From: Caecitellus pseudoparvulus
Taxonomy: Eukaryota; Protista; Bigyra: Bicosoecida
Length of the DNA stretch: 64,000 nt
Assembly: GCA_965644315.1 (NCBI GenBank)
Contig: CBFFRQ010000064.1
Location: 62,001 to 126,000, forward strand
Direction: 5' to 3'
Made by a program: the position numbers and the translations under genes
Notes under the pieces: generated by a model
What the model was told of the DNA's origin: nothing
Databases searched by the model: none
The model's input: only the letters and a program-made list of their open reading frames with translations
Part shown: positions 1 to 13,700 of the stretch, piece after piece
Layout: each line of letters starts with the position of its first letter
Numbering within the stretch: position 1 is the stretch's first letter

Positions 1-269
1 CACCAGCTGCTGCACCACTTCCACTTGCAGCTGCAGCGCCGTCCCTGTCTCGAACGAGAGCGTGTCCGACGGCGGTGAAGTGCGTGACGTGTGGGCGTGC
101 GGAATATGCTGCACTGCACTCACGCTCCAGCAACGACTGGCGGAGGCACACGGGACTTGCCACCCGGTGCGCTGGGCTTGGCAAAGAAGAGGAAGTAAGC
201 GGCGACCAGGGCCGCGAGGACGACGAGGCCTGCCACTGGCAGAGGCACAGGGGTGTCCAGCACCTCCAT
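1..269 (-). CDS. 5' part of a gene running off the window edge; N-terminal membrane anchor, product unknown
   Basis: ATG at 269 gives MEVLDTPVPLPVAGLVVLAALVAAYFLFFAKPSAPGG..., followed by a gtgagt donor near 123 and a cag acceptor near 46; truncated by the window. Confidence 0.5.
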
Positions 270-558
270 GGCTGGTCAGGCGTTCGGTAGTGGATGCCGG
301 GCAGCGCAGCCAGGCACCTGTGCGAAAACCACGTGAGGGTGCACGTGAACAGGGCGCTTGAGAATGTGCAGAGTGCGAGGGAGTGCCACGCTGTGCCCTG
401 GCCCCTCTCGACGTCGACAGGGGATCTTTGCGCCAATCCAACACTTGACGTGCCAGCCCACAAATGACCCACTCTGCTTCCCTGCCCTTCAGTCTCTGCT
501 GCCCCCGGCACCAGCTTGCTCTGTGTCTTCTCCGCAGCGCACTTGCTTTCTTGCCGCC

Positions 559-1768
<1,210 letters not shown>

Positions 1769-2019
1769 GTGCAACTGCCTGACCCCTCGCAGCTCGCCGA
1801 GCGCCAGGATTGACTTCGCAAGCACTGTCGCTTGGCGAGCGGCGAGGGCTCCCCCCCCCATGCTCTGAGCCTGCCGCAAGTGCAGCCACCGAAGACTTCC
1901 AATTCACACTGCAGCGCATGCTCACCTCGCCTTGCATGAATCTCGCCCCCGTTCCATGGTGCAGCGCTGGTGCACGCGTGCACGGAGCTCAGCCAGTCCC
2001 ACCAGCCTTGGGCAGGGGC

Positions 2020-3604
2020 ATGGGCAAAGGCAAAAAGGGCAAAAAGGGAGGTGGGGCCTCCGCCTCGCATGCGACAGACAAGCGTGTTCGACAGGCCATT
2101 GCAAAGGCCCGGAAGAAGGTGAGGGTTAGGTCACCCGGCCCTACAGGAAGCGGGGCAGAGTGCTTTTGGCGTGTCGTCCATTTTCCGCAGACTGCCATGG
2201 CCACCTCACCCTGCCCTACCCTGGCCACAGACGAGCAAGACAGGCTACCATGACAGTCTCTCCAAGGACTTGATGTCCATTGGCTTGCGTGCGTGGATCG
2301 CTACCCCCCATTTCCTTCAGCAGGCCTGCCACACGACGCACCCCTGGCTCTCCTGTGCAGAGATTCGCAACGTGCGCTCCGACGGCAACTGCCTCTTCGG
2401 CGCGCTGGCAGACCAACTGTACGGTGACCAAAATCGCCACCCCGAGGTGCGGGAGGTGGTGGTCGCGCACATGACGCAGCACGCGGACGACTACCGGTTC
2501 TTCCTGGAGGAGGACGCGGTGTGGGAGGAGTACATTGACGACATGGCGTCTGCCGGTACGTGGGGGGGCAACGTCGAGATCCAGGCGGCCAGCATGGCCC
2601 TGCACTTGAACATCATCGTGCACCAGGCAGACGCGGCCCTGCCCCGCATGGCGGTGCGGAATTGGGGCCCAGACCCCGTCACACGCAAACGGCCACGGGA
2701 AGTGCACCTGGCGTATCACGGCGCTGAGCACTACAACTCAGTCCGACTGCGCAGCGACATTCTCCCGGGCACTCCCGCCTTGCCCTTCGATGTCGATGCC
2801 CTCATCGAGTCGGGTGGCTCGGACCCAGGCGTTCGCCCTGCTGACGTGCAGGGCATGACGGGGGGAGGTGTCGCGGCACTGAGTGGATCGGCCAAGGCTG
2901 CCGCGGCCAGCCAGGGCGCCGCTGCCCACGCACAGGCCGTGGCAGCCGCTGCTGCCGCACCTGACGCCGCCTCGTGGGGCGGTGCCGACCAGGCTGAGCT
3001 GTTCGTGCTGCGGAACACACCCTCCTTCCCGGAGAAGGGCACAGCCTATGTGCGTGAGGTGCTGCGCGCCGTGGCAGGGGACACCACTGCCGCAGTGGAC
3101 CTCATCACCACCTCTGTCTTCACAGCCGGCGAGGGGGACGGAGACGAACCTGCCCCTGCGGAGCCTGTGCCGTGGCAAGAGGTGGCGGGGGAGGCTGCCG
3201 CCAGCCGGAGTGAGGGAGTGCCCGACGCAGCCAGCGTCGGCAGCAGCACATCCTCCACGGCAGAGGCGAAACGCATGACGCCAGCCCAGCGCCGGAAGGC
3301 CAAGAAGGAGGCGGCCCTGGCCAAGGCGGCTGCCCGGGCCGCCGCCCGGGCCACTGCCGCTCCCCCTCCCCGCCGCAAGAAACTGAGCAACAAGGAGCGG
3401 CGGGCACTGCTGGCGGAAGCCAAGTTTGAAGAAAAACTTGCCCAGGCGGCAGCAGAGGGCGGCGATGGCAGTGGTCCCAGCCAGCAGGTCGCGGCTGGCG
3501 ACGCGTATGCCCAGGCTGTCGCCTCTGCTGCCGCCAGTGCGCTGCAAGTGGGGCTGGGCAAACCCACACGCTCGGTGCAGCGCAGTGCGACGGTGGACAT
3601 TTGA
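2020..3604 (+). CDS. OTU-domain deubiquitinase (OTUD3-like)
   Basis: Exons 2020-2118, 2231-2288 and 2361-3604; DGNCLF catalytic Cys motif, WGGNVEIQA, LAYHGAEHYNSV His motif; Lys/Ala-rich tail. Confidence 0.9.
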
Positions 3605-3621
3605 GCGGTTGGCGGGAGACG

Positions 3622-4780
3622 TCAGAACAGCATGGCCTTGATTTGGGAGTGGAAGGCCATGCACGCTGGCAGTGTGCGGAGCTTAGTCTGTGAACGAGGG
3701 CGGGCACACGTGCTGCGCTGGCCAGCGACGCACACATTCGCAGCGCCACGCACCTTCTCGAAGCACTTGCCGCCTGCACACAGAACGCAGTCGAAGTAAG
3801 CAAAGAGCGCCGCATCCACGGCGGAAGGGGCTGCCCCATGCGTGAACCAGGGCGCCCCGCTGGCCTCACTGGCAGCCATGGCGGTGGCCAGGGCCGCCTC
3901 CAACGCATCCAGGGCGCTGCCTGAAACGCAGCAGAGGTCGGCTTCGCACAGCTGCCCAGTGCCCTCCGTCCACAACCACTGCTGCAACGCAGCCTTCTTC
4001 CAAGGCAGCACGAAGGGCGCCTGCCAAGCTGGCACGTGGGGGAAGGCCCGTCGACAGTGCGCGCGCCAGGAGGCGGGTGACGCCACGGCACGCTGCAGAC
4101 GGGCGGCGTGCAGGGGCCCCCGCACCAAGGCCGTGAGGCCCGCAGACAGCGCCCGCTGAGCACCTGACAACTGGGCGTCTGGCAGCAGGAGCGGCACGGC
4201 GGGGTCGTCCTCCCCTGCCCTGAAGTGCTGTGCGCTGTCCATCACCGCCCCTCGCCCTCGCCGCACCGCGCCCATGCGCCCGCCCTCCTCGAAGTAGTTG
4301 CGCTGGAAGAAGTCCAAGATGATGGGAAGCGAGCCAAAGATGTCCTTGCCGTGCTGTACATACGGAAGGTCGCCTTTTGGGGACCAGAACGTTGACCCTG
4401 AGCGCGCAGGAGGGCGGTGTGCAGGTGCCTGGCGTGGTGCGGAAGTTGCTTTGAGTGCCCTCACCTTGTGCCAGCACGTGCGGCACGCCAGCGAAGCGCA
4501 GCCACGCCTCAAGCTCTGTACTGCCTTGGTGCACGCTGAATGCAGCCTTGCTGCCTGCTGGCTTGTGCAGCTGGACACACACCCGCACAGTCTCGCCTGG
4601 CAGGCCGTGCCTCGGACTGTCGTGCACCTTGCGTCGGCGGGGGCAGTATGCAGGCTGCAGCCACGTTACCACCAGCGCAAACACTGTCACCCATCCAGGG
4701 TCTGTCATGATGGGGTACAGCACCCGTCGCAACTGCAGGAGTTGTGTCAACATGGCTTGCCACAGCCAATCCACCTGCAT
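3622..4780 (-). CDS. Metaxin / failed-axon-connections (FAX)-like GST-fold protein
   Basis: Introns 4398-4464 and 3688-3753; LEAWLRFAGVPH...SPKGDLPYV...GSLPIILDF (GST-N) and WFTHGAAPSAVDAALFAYF (GST-C); hydrophobic N-terminus. Confidence 0.75.
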
Positions 4781-5116
4781 GGTGGCGTGGCCTCCAGCAG
4801 GTGGGAAAGGCGCAGATTTGAACAGGGGGCACTGCACCAGCGTCCTGCACGGGGCTGCAAGGGGAAGCAGAGCGCGCGCGGAGCATTGATTTGGCAGTAT
4901 TGTGTGCGCCGTGAAGGTGGGGTCTGTGTGCTGGGCGCATGGGGATGCCGCAAGTGCAAGCCAGCCCATCTCAAGCAGCTGCCATCGAGTGACACAACTC
5001 CAAAACAAACGCACGGGGGGAGCCCTGTTGGGAAACGTTCATTTCAGGGAGTTACATGTATTCTACTTTATTCTTTTCGTCGCTGAATACACTCGCAGTG
5101 ATCCCGGTGCTCAGCA

Positions 5117-7036
5117 ATGGCCGCTCACGTGTCAGGGCCGCGGGCGGAATTTGAACGGGCCGCTCGCCACGCGAGCAAATGCTCTGCCGCAGAGCTGACC
5201 AACGCGCTGCACAGCATGCAGCTCTTGCTGCATGTTCTAGGCCTGTCATCAGCGTCTTCGTGCCCTGTCTCGGTTGAGGACGCTGTCGTTTCGTGCGGGC
5301 TGGCTGTCACCGGATCAAGCTGCCATTCTCCTGGCAGCATCCACGGTGCCCTGCGCGCTTCCCTGCACCACCAGGCACCCTGCCTGCTGCTCATACACGA
5401 TGTCAAGGCCAGCGTGGGCCTACCACCAGCCTTGGCGCTCACCAACCTTCCACACAAGCTCTCCCTCGCCTGCGCACCACTAGGTCCATGGCACTTGTAC
5501 CTCGGCGCGGCGGGCGGCAGTGGCTGCAGCGCCAAGCCCAACCTGCTGCTCGCCCACGACCAGCACCTGCTGCAGTTAGACCAAGCAGCCGTACCAACAG
5601 CGCCTCCCAGCCTCGCTGCTTCGCCTGCCCAGGATCCACGGACACCAGCGCTTGGACCACACGCTCACGATCCGCGAGCGAGGGGAGAAACCGCCACTCC
5701 GCCTCCTGTAGCCGGGCAGAACGCACCAGGTGACACCAGCTCCAACACTTCATCGACTTCCTATCAAGAGAGTGGGGGCTCAGGTGGCTCCCAACAAGGC
5801 AGAACAGGCGCCTCTGGCGGCGCCGCTTCAAGCCAGAGCAGCGGCGGAGGCAGTGACGGGGCGTCGCCACAGAGACCCGGCCGGCCCCCACCTTCCCCAC
5901 CAGGACCTGCTGATCGCCTCTTGGTGTCCGATAAGTGTGTGGTGTGCCTGATGCCCATCACGACTGAGGAGACCCGGGCACACATGGATGGCTGCAGGCA
6001 CGTCAACATGCACTTTTCGTGCGCCGAGGCATGGGCGGTGCACAACAACTCCTGCCCAGTGTGCAAGGCCTCCTTCAACACACTGCGAGAGGTGCAGGTC
6101 AGCCAGCCAGAGGCTGCTGGGCTGTCCAGTCTGGGAACTGCCCCGCCAGCCCCGACGCTAGCCTCGTGCAAAGTGTTGCGGTCTCTTCCGGTTCGTGATG
6201 CCCAGCCCCAAAGGCACGGAGATTCTGACACAGGCGGATTTCCCACGGACATGTTGGATCCTTTGGAGGCTTTCAGGTGCTACGAGTGCGGGACTGGCGA
6301 GCGCGAGGACTTGCTCCTGATTTGTGACGGCTGCGATGAGATGGCGGCTCACACGTACTGCGTCGGCCTTGGCATGCACGTCCCCGAGGGAGACTGGCTG
6401 TGTGAGGGATGTCAGGCTATCCAGGAAAGCCAGGCCACTTCAAGGCGGCTTGCACGCCGTACCCGGAGTCCAGCGCCGCCACCGCGACTTGCGCTGGGTC
6501 CCAGGCGACTACAGTCAGCAAGAAACGATCGCCCGCGGCTGCTGACGACCGGCATGCGGCGCTTAAATGCCTCGGAACGCATGGCCCGTAGACAGCGGTT
6601 GGAAGACATGGCATGCCCGGGCTTTTCAGACGACTCCTACGAAGAAACCTCTGACACTGAACTCCCTGCGCACGCGGCACTGCAGACGCTCCTCGCGCAA
6701 CGCCGTGAACGGCAGCGAGCGGAGGCTGCCGCGCGAGCCACACAGCGCAGCCGTATCACAGACATGCTGCGACGCGCCCCAAGTGCTGCAGTGGCATTGC
6801 CGCCCCTCTTTCGGCCACGCGGAGGCGGCAGCCCAGGCATCCCACCGCCGCGCCCTGAGCCGGAACACAGACAGCCCACGCCTGCTCCAGCTCCACAAGG
6901 CAGCCCTGCACTCAGCCAAGACACACCTGCACTCGGGCGAGAAGCCCCCGCCCGCCAGCGCCGGAGAGCGCGCAAGCGAACCTTGAAGGTTTCAGACCAG
7001 TTGAGAAGACGCCTGTCGAAGGCCCCTCGCACGTGA
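5117..7036 (+). CDS. RING finger plus PHD finger protein (PHRF1-like)
   Basis: RING CVVC...CRH..HFSC...W....SCPVC followed by PHD CYEC...LLLICDGC...HTYC...VPEGDWLCEGC; start codon uncertain. Confidence 0.8.
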   Translation: MAAHVSGPRAEFERAARHASKCSAAELTNALHSMQLLLHVLGLSSASSCPVSVEDAVVSCGLAVTGSSCHSPGSIHGALRASLHHQAPCLLLIHDVKASVGLPPALALTNLPHKLSLACAPLGPWHLYLGAAGGSGCSAKPNLLLAHDQHLLQLDQAAVPTAPPSLAASPAQDPRTPALGPHAHDPRARGETATPPPVAGQNAPGDTSSNTSSTSYQESGGSGGSQQGRTGASGGAASSQSSGGGSDGASPQRPGRPPPSPPGPADRLLVSDKCVVCLMPITTEETRAHMDGCRHVNMHFSCAEAWAVHNNSCPVCKASFNTLREVQVSQPEAAGLSSLGTAPPAPTLASCKVLRSLPVRDAQPQRHGDSDTGGFPTDMLDPLEAFRCYECGTGEREDLLLICDGCDEMAAHTYCVGLGMHVPEGDWLCEGCQAIQESQATSRRLARRTRSPAPPPRLALGPRRLQSARNDRPRLLTTGMRRLNASERMARRQRLEDMACPGFSDDSYEETSDTELPAHAALQTLLAQRRERQRAEAAARATQRSRITDMLRRAPSAAVALPPLFRPRGGGSPGIPPPRPEPEHRQPTPAPAPQGSPALSQDTPALGREAPARQRRRARKRTLKVSDQLRRRLSKAPRT

Positions 7037-7232
7037 CCGTGTGGAAACCCGCCCCAAGTCACAACCATGCTGAGGGGACACATTAATGAACAGTACTGCC
7101 CTTTCCGGTCACGTTGCGAAGCTTCATGTCGCTTCACAACCGTCCGAACTCGGTCGTTTGAATCTGGCCGCAGTCCCTGCCGCTGGAGAAGGTGCAGGAA
7201 CTTGTTGACTTGCTGCCCCAAGCCACGCGTCA

Positions 7233-8246
7233 ATGGCGCAGCGCCCCAGCTGCGATAGGTCACCGTTCCAGGAAGCATCCACGCCGACATCTCAAAGCAC
7301 ACCTCAGGTTCGACGTGTGCGGTTCAAGAGCCCCGAAGTGATTGCCACAAGTGCTGCGCAGACGTTGGAAGAAACGTGCGCCGATGATGGACGCGCCGTG
7401 CCCCTGCCCGGGGGCACTCGGGCGACACCGCTGCAGCCAGCCGCACCGCCCCTTGCACCTGCGCCAAGGCAACGAAACGCACTCTCATCGAAGCCAGTGC
7501 TGCCCTTGTCTGTGCCACGCTGGGCCAATGCGGCTCGGCCTGGGCCCGCTTCGCCAGCCGTCGCCGGGCAGCCCCAGAAAAGCCCGGCAAGCTTGACGGC
7601 ACCCTTCGCAAATGCGCGCGTGCAAAGCCACGCACAAGTCGCTTCCCTGCGGCCACTTCAAGTAGCTGGCATTCCTGGTTTTTGGCCGGTGCCCGGCAGC
7701 ATGCGCCTTCCTCGGCAGTTCATTCTGTCCCCCAGCGGGGCAGGTCCCAGCGGCGGGGACACTCTCGGCGAGCAGGGGTTCATGGCGAACTTGTCTGCAT
7801 CGTCGGCCACAGAGGACGCTGACGCCTTGCATACGCAGCCATCGCGGCAGCCGCCCTCCACCCCTGAAGTGCGTGGCACAGCCCCCACGCCCATCTGCAC
7901 TCCTCGCACGCGGTGGCGAGGTCGCAAGAGTCCCCGGACACCGGCACCCCCGGCCTGGGAAACTGCCACGAACGCGCCACAATCTGCTGAAATGCTGCTG
8001 GAACCCACGCCGGCAAGTCCTATTGGGTCTCCCTTTGCCAAGAAGGCGCGGCGAGCGGCCACCATGCAGCACTACCTGGCTGCCGCCGTGGCAGCCGCGT
8101 TGCAGGCGCAGAGTGGCCCTGCTGCCCTCAGCAGCGAGCAGGCGTGCTCAATGAGCGCAGACAGCAGTTCTCCTGAAGGAGACGCTGCTGCAGCCCTCCT
8201 AGCCATGAGTTCCGCTCGCAGCCGCCGCCGCGCAATGCTGCAATGA
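7233..8246 (+). CDS. Hypothetical Pro/Ala/Ser-rich disordered protein
   Basis: 337-aa ORF filling the gap between genes; RRVRF motif, many SP/TP sites, C-terminal DAAAALLAMS; no globular domain seen. Confidence 0.5.
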   Translation: MAQRPSCDRSPFQEASTPTSQSTPQVRRVRFKSPEVIATSAAQTLEETCADDGRAVPLPGGTRATPLQPAAPPLAPAPRQRNALSSKPVLPLSVPRWANAARPGPASPAVAGQPQKSPASLTAPFANARVQSHAQVASLRPLQVAGIPGFWPVPGSMRLPRQFILSPSGAGPSGGDTLGEQGFMANLSASSATEDADALHTQPSRQPPSTPEVRGTAPTPICTPRTRWRGRKSPRTPAPPAWETATNAPQSAEMLLEPTPASPIGSPFAKKARRAATMQHYLAAAVAAALQAQSGPAALSSEQACSMSADSSSPEGDAAAALLAMSSARSRRRAMLQ

Positions 8247-8316
8247 ATTGTTGCCGCTCGCGTGGAAGCTGGCGTGCATTCTAATGAAACACTATTCTTG
8301 TGCGGGGCTAGGGGGT

Positions 8317-10458
8317 TCACTGGGGGGGTGGCGTGCTTGACTGGTTCACGTTGGGCAGAGCAGGGGGTGGTGGCATTTGCGGCACAGGCTGCATGGGGAG
8401 GGGCATGCCCCACATGCCAGGCTGCATGGCAATGCCGCCCGCTGGCGCGGGCTGGAAACCACCCGCCATCCACGGCTGGCCTTGCATGGGCATGAATGGC
8501 ATGCCCTGTGCTTGCATCACCTGCGATCCTGGGGCCAGCGGCGTGCCCGCTGGCTGGGCCTGTGGCATGGAGGAGGGGGGGGGCTGGCCCCACCCCCCCC
8601 CCAGGCCGGCAGGGAATCCTCCGTACATCGGCGGGGCCCCGCCCAGGCCCGGCTGCGGCTGGAACTGCCCGTACACTGCGCTAGACACAGTGGGCGTGCT
8701 GCCACCTTCTGACCACGGCGTGTGGGGGGCACCTGGCACATCCGCCTGTGGACCCCCCCCCGTGCCCAGCGTACCAGGCAGGGACTGTGTCACACTCGCC
8801 GCTTCACTGCGTTGGGACACCTGCGAGTCAGCGCGTGGCCGGCTGAATGGCAGCGCGCTGGTGGCAGACATGACACTGGCACTGCCCAAGCCACTCTCCA
8901 TGCTGTGCACAGACAGGGAGTCAGCCCCCACGGGTGTCGCCGCCCCCAGCGCCAGGCCACTGGGGCCCCACAGGTCGCTGCCACTGGACAGCTGCAGGCC
9001 AAGCGGAGGCAGGCCCATGGTGGTGGCCACCGTGGCGTCTTCAGGAATCGTGCCCCGCGTCATGCCCCCCGACGAGGACGGCGCCACTGCCTCAGCAGGG
9101 ACCTCCCCCGCATCCGGCACAGCTTCGGCGGCTTCATCTAGGACACTGCTGACGACGGAGGCGGTGACACTGTCCGCGCCGGAGAACAGGGTGGCTGCAT
9201 GCGCACTGTCCACAGCGTGGTTAGCCGAGGCCTTGCTAGAATCGGTGCCGGCGAGCACTGCCGCCCAAGACGCTGGTGCTGGTGCTGGTGCTGGTGCTGG
9301 CGCTGGTGCTGGTGCTGGTGCTGGTGCTGGAGCTGGAGTTGGCGCAGTGTTGTCTCCCCGCGGCGCTGGGGCTGGCTTGGGCGGCAGGCCGCTGGGAATC
9401 GCCTTGTTCTGGCTCAAGGCCTCGGGTGCGGACGAGGGGGCTGCGCTGGGCGCCCGTTCCGGTGCTGGTTTGGGCAGGGCCAGGGCCGGCGAGCCCTTGG
9501 GCACCGCCGCCTTCACCTCCACCATCTTGCCGTCGATGTTGTGCATGGCCTGGGCCAGCACGCCCGGCATGGAGGCGGCGGAGGCGAAGATGACGAAGCC
9601 GAAGCCGCGGCTCTTGCGCGTCTCCCGGTTGTACAGCACCTGGGCTGAGGCCACCTCCCCGAACTGGGCGAAGTATTCCCGCAGGCGCTCCTCGTCTGTG
9701 GAGTAGTGCAAGCCGCCGGCAAAGATCTTGCGCACGGAGTGCACAGAGGCATCCAGGGGCGCCACATGCCCGCTCGCACTCTGCACATCGGGCCCGTCGC
9801 CCCCTCCGCCAGACGCGCCGCCCTGCCGCTTGCCCCTGCCTGCCCTCCTGGCGGCCTTGCTGGGACTGCGAGAGCCGGACGCCGACGGCGGTGACCTGTG
9901 GCCGCCGCTGTCAGACCCTCGCGCCGTTGCTGGCTTGATCTCTACTTCTCTTCCATCTAAAACTATGTTCTTCTCGTCCAGTGCGCGTAAAGCGCAGCGC
10001 TTGTTGGCAAACCGCACGAACCTGAGGCGGGAGGCAAGGAGCGTTGCAGCGAGCACAGAGGGCAAGGCAGCGCTGTTGTACGCACCCGAAGCCACGGTGG
10101 CGCCCGTCCTCGGCGTTTCTCATTATGATTGCATCGGACACTTCTCCATAGCGCTGAAAGTACCGCTTGAGTCGGACTGGTGGCAAGGGAAACCAGGGGC
10201 GTGAAGGGCAGGTGCAGTGCAGCAAGCCAGCACTCTTTGTGCCGGGAGCAGAGGCGGCCCAGCCAGGGCCCTGCCGCTGGGCCAGGCACACCTGGCAACG
10301 CACCTTCATCTGTATCGTATGATAGGCCTCCCACAAACACTCTTCTGCGCGAGGAGGGGTGCGCCGGGCTGCAGGTGTTGGCGCTTGCAAGGCACGATCA
10401 CGATGCACCACGCCTGGCCACCACACATGCCGCACCTCGCATCCCGTTGATCTGCCAT
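8317..10458 (-). CDS. Two-RRM RNA-binding protein (Musashi/DAZAP1/hnRNP A-D-like)
   Basis: Four exons give MADQRDARRVFVGGLSYDTDE...RHRGFGFVRF (RRM1) and KIFAGGLHY...KSRGFGFVIF (RRM2), then a low-complexity Pro/Gly/Met/Gln tail. Confidence 0.9.
9272..9340. repeat. (GCTGGT)n hexanucleotide repeat encoding a poly(Pro-Ala) linker
   Basis: Visible gctggt tandem run; PAPAPAPA in the RRM protein. Confidence 0.85.
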
Positions 10459-10763
10459 GCCTGGAGCAAGGCTCAATTGCTGAACACCACTATCTGCTAA
10501 CGTAGGCAAGCCCCCTCCACATGCGCCCAGCAGACTTCTGCTGTCCCGTGTAACTGCTCAGCGCCCGCTAGGGCGTGGTGAAAAGGGAGCCACCCGCTCC
10601 ACAAAGACACCCTTCAAGGCAGAAACGAGGCGCTTGCATAAAACGCTTCAAACTGACTGCGGTACATTGCGCGTTTGTTGCAGTGGGTTGGATTTGGGCG
10701 CGCCTCGGAGCTGCGCCAGCCTGGCGCTTGCCAGGGAGCCTCATTCCCAGCACCGTTGAGAGC

Positions 10764-13700
10764 ATGCAGTACGCCAGTGTCGAGGATGAGGAAGGCGGCC
10801 AGGCAGCCGCCCCGCTCGCTGTTGCCGGCGGAATGCACCCCACTGAAAAGGTACGTAGCTGAAAACACCCAAATCTGTGTTATCCTTTGCACTGGCTTTC
10901 CCTTGCCGCAGTTTCGGGGCCTTTTAAAGCGGTTCCAGCAGCATTCAAAGTCCGCACATGACTTGCTGAGGCTGGCCCATACTGCCCGCAAATGGAGAGC
11001 TGTGCGTCCGCCCTGCCCGCACTTGAACCAATTCGTGATGAATTGCCCCCCCCTCGCTGCTCGTGCAGGGCGGCATTGCCTCGCAGCAGCTGGCGTGCGA
11101 TTGCTTGCTGCAGGCAGCATGTCTGGCCGAAGCAGACTCAGCTGCCGGCACGGCTGGAGCCCTTCGGGCATGCGCTGCATATGCGGCCTGCAGCAACCTG
11201 CTGCTGACACAAGGTGTATCTACTGCACCAGCTCAGGGGCTGCTGCACCCTGGAATGCCATCTGGCCCCGCAGCGCTGCGCCTGGCGCTGGCCGGCATCC
11301 TGCGCACGGCACAAGCTGGTTTGACTGCCCCAGGCACGCCACAAACACAGCGCCAGGAGCTGCAGAGTTTGGTTTCGTGTGCATCTGCGCACTGGGCGGC
11401 CTTGGGCAGCCCCTTGCTGCCTGCGCCCTCCACTGCACCCCCCACTACACCGGCAGCAAGCGCAGCATCGCCAGTTCAAGCTGCGTTGCCGCCCCCCCCC
11501 CCACAGCCCTCCAACACCCCTCGCCTGACCCGGCCACTGCCGCGCCCATCCTTGATCCTCAGCGTCCCTGCTGGACGTGCTGATGACGTACTGGCGGCAC
11601 TGGCGGGACAGGCAGCGGCAGCAGCTGCATTGATGTGGCGCACTGCGACGTCGGCGCAGCCCAGCCCCGAGGGACCACCTGCAAGCCTAGCTTGTAGCAT
11701 CCCGCCTGGCACATCCATACTGTCCTGTGTGGATGTGCAAGTGCGTGTGGTGGAAGGCGCCCAGCTGCCGGCGCTGCCCACCCCTGCCGAGAACACCGGT
11801 GTCACGGCAGACGCTGCAGTTCAGCAGCACTGCCTGGGCATGCCGCTCGCCGCCCCCACGCGCCACACCCTGTATTCTCTCTCGTTGCCGCCACACCCAT
11901 CATGCATGGCACGTGTGGCCGTGGGCCTGATGCAGCCTGAGCACGGTGGTCAGCCCCTTGCTCGGGCAATGGAGCTCAGTGGCGTGACCACAGGGCAAGT
12001 CATGCAAAGCTTGCAGAAGTGCGCTCCTAGTGCTGATGGTGATGCTCTGGCTCAAGCAGCCCCTGCAAGTTCTCTTGAGCGGCACTTGAGCAGCCGCTGG
12101 GGGTTCCCAGTGCAGAGGGCAGGGCATTCGCCGCAAAGCCAGCCAGGCCAGCCCCACGGTGCCTCTCAACCGACCGAACCCCAGGAAGACCACATTTCCG
12201 CCGCCTCTTCGCCGCGCTTCACACGAGATCTAGCAGTTGGAAGCCAGGAGCTGTCGCGCCCTCAGGCTGCGGCATTTGCTTGGCAGTTGCTCGGACAAGT
12301 CGGCATTCATCAAGCGCGCGGCAGGGACGCAGGCGCACCCACCCTCAAAGTACTGCTTGAAGGAGCTGCTGCCCTGCAGGCGGCAGGGTCCTTAGTGCCA
12401 GCATCAGAACCCACGCCCCTCTCAGCCGATCTGCTTGAGGGCTTCATCACCTCTGTCAACAAGCGTTCAGACAGCTTCCTGCTCGGCACCCCTACGCCCC
12501 TGCCTCGTCCGCCCCTCGCGTTCTTCGGCACAACCTCCAAACCAGCCCAGAGCAGGCAGCAGCGCCTTGAGGCAGCTCTGAGCGGCCTGTTGCTGGGCCA
12601 TGGCCTTGCAGCGGCGCGCTTTCGGGAGGCACTGCAGGCGCTCCCCCCACCGGCGACCCCCGCAGCCCTCCTGCACACTTGCCTCAAAGCAGACAGGCAC
12701 GCGGCGACAGGGAACAGGTTTGAGGGCCTCCCTGCAGTGCTTTCAGCTGGAGCACACGGTTTAATTCGGGCCGCATCGTCAGCCCTCCAGCAGGCAGGTG
12801 CGGCGCAAAGTCAAACCAGCCCAGATGCAGTGCAGGCGGCTCTGCTCAAGGCGTTCCCAGGCTGCGCTGAGAGGGCTATTACAGGTGCCACATTCGTCGT
12901 CATAAGGTGCCTTCTGCTGTACCAGTGGTGGTCCACCTTGGCCTCCGCGACGCAGGGCAACGTGCCGGCCGCCAGGCAAGCGCTGCGCCGCGCCATCAAC
13001 TCTGCCAGGGCGCTGGGCTCCCAAGAGCAGCACCCCGCAGCAGGACACGGCCTGTGGCTGAGTGAACCCCCAACCTTGCAGCAGTTGCTGGATGCTCTTG
13101 CACTTGCAGACACGCCACCTTCTCCCGATGTTGCCGTGGACTCCGTATTTGCTGCCAGCAGCCGAGCGACATTGCTGCTTAGCGCCGCCGCTAGCCAGGG
13201 GTTTGGCAGCACCACCCACCTCGGGGACACCCTGGCACACACATGCCCTCGTGCGCCATCTCCTGTGGCCTGTGCGCTGTCCATCCTGAAGGACGTGACG
13301 GGTGGCGTCAGCCCCTCACACAAGCCTCTGTCCGTTCTCGAAGCCTCGCTGGCCTCCGCAGCCAGGCCTGCTCCCAGCGCGAGCCTTCAGTTCCAAGAGG
13401 CCCTTCGGGCAAGCAAGACCCTTCCCTTCCTGCTGCGCAACGAGTGGCAAGCACTGCTTGCAGAGCAGGTTGCGGCGCACACGGCTGTGACGGCACACCA
13501 GCTGGCCGCGTCGCAATCTGCGCCCAGCGACACTTCCCCCACCCACCTCCCCATGCGCTTGGTCTTTCCACCCGTCGGACCACGCCTTGGCACCCGCTTT
13601 TGTGGACCTGCGTTTGCCTCTGCCCTGCGCGGCCTGCCGCCTTTGCCCGTCCAAACCCACGGCGAACAGCGCCCTGACGACATTCACGCGGACTGCCTGG

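Noticed and set aside
7086-7232. In-frame ATG...TGT-TGA upstream of ORF 7233, suggesting selenocysteine or readthrough
   Set aside because: There is no redox-fold context and no identifiable SECIS; a short upstream ORF is the simpler explanation.
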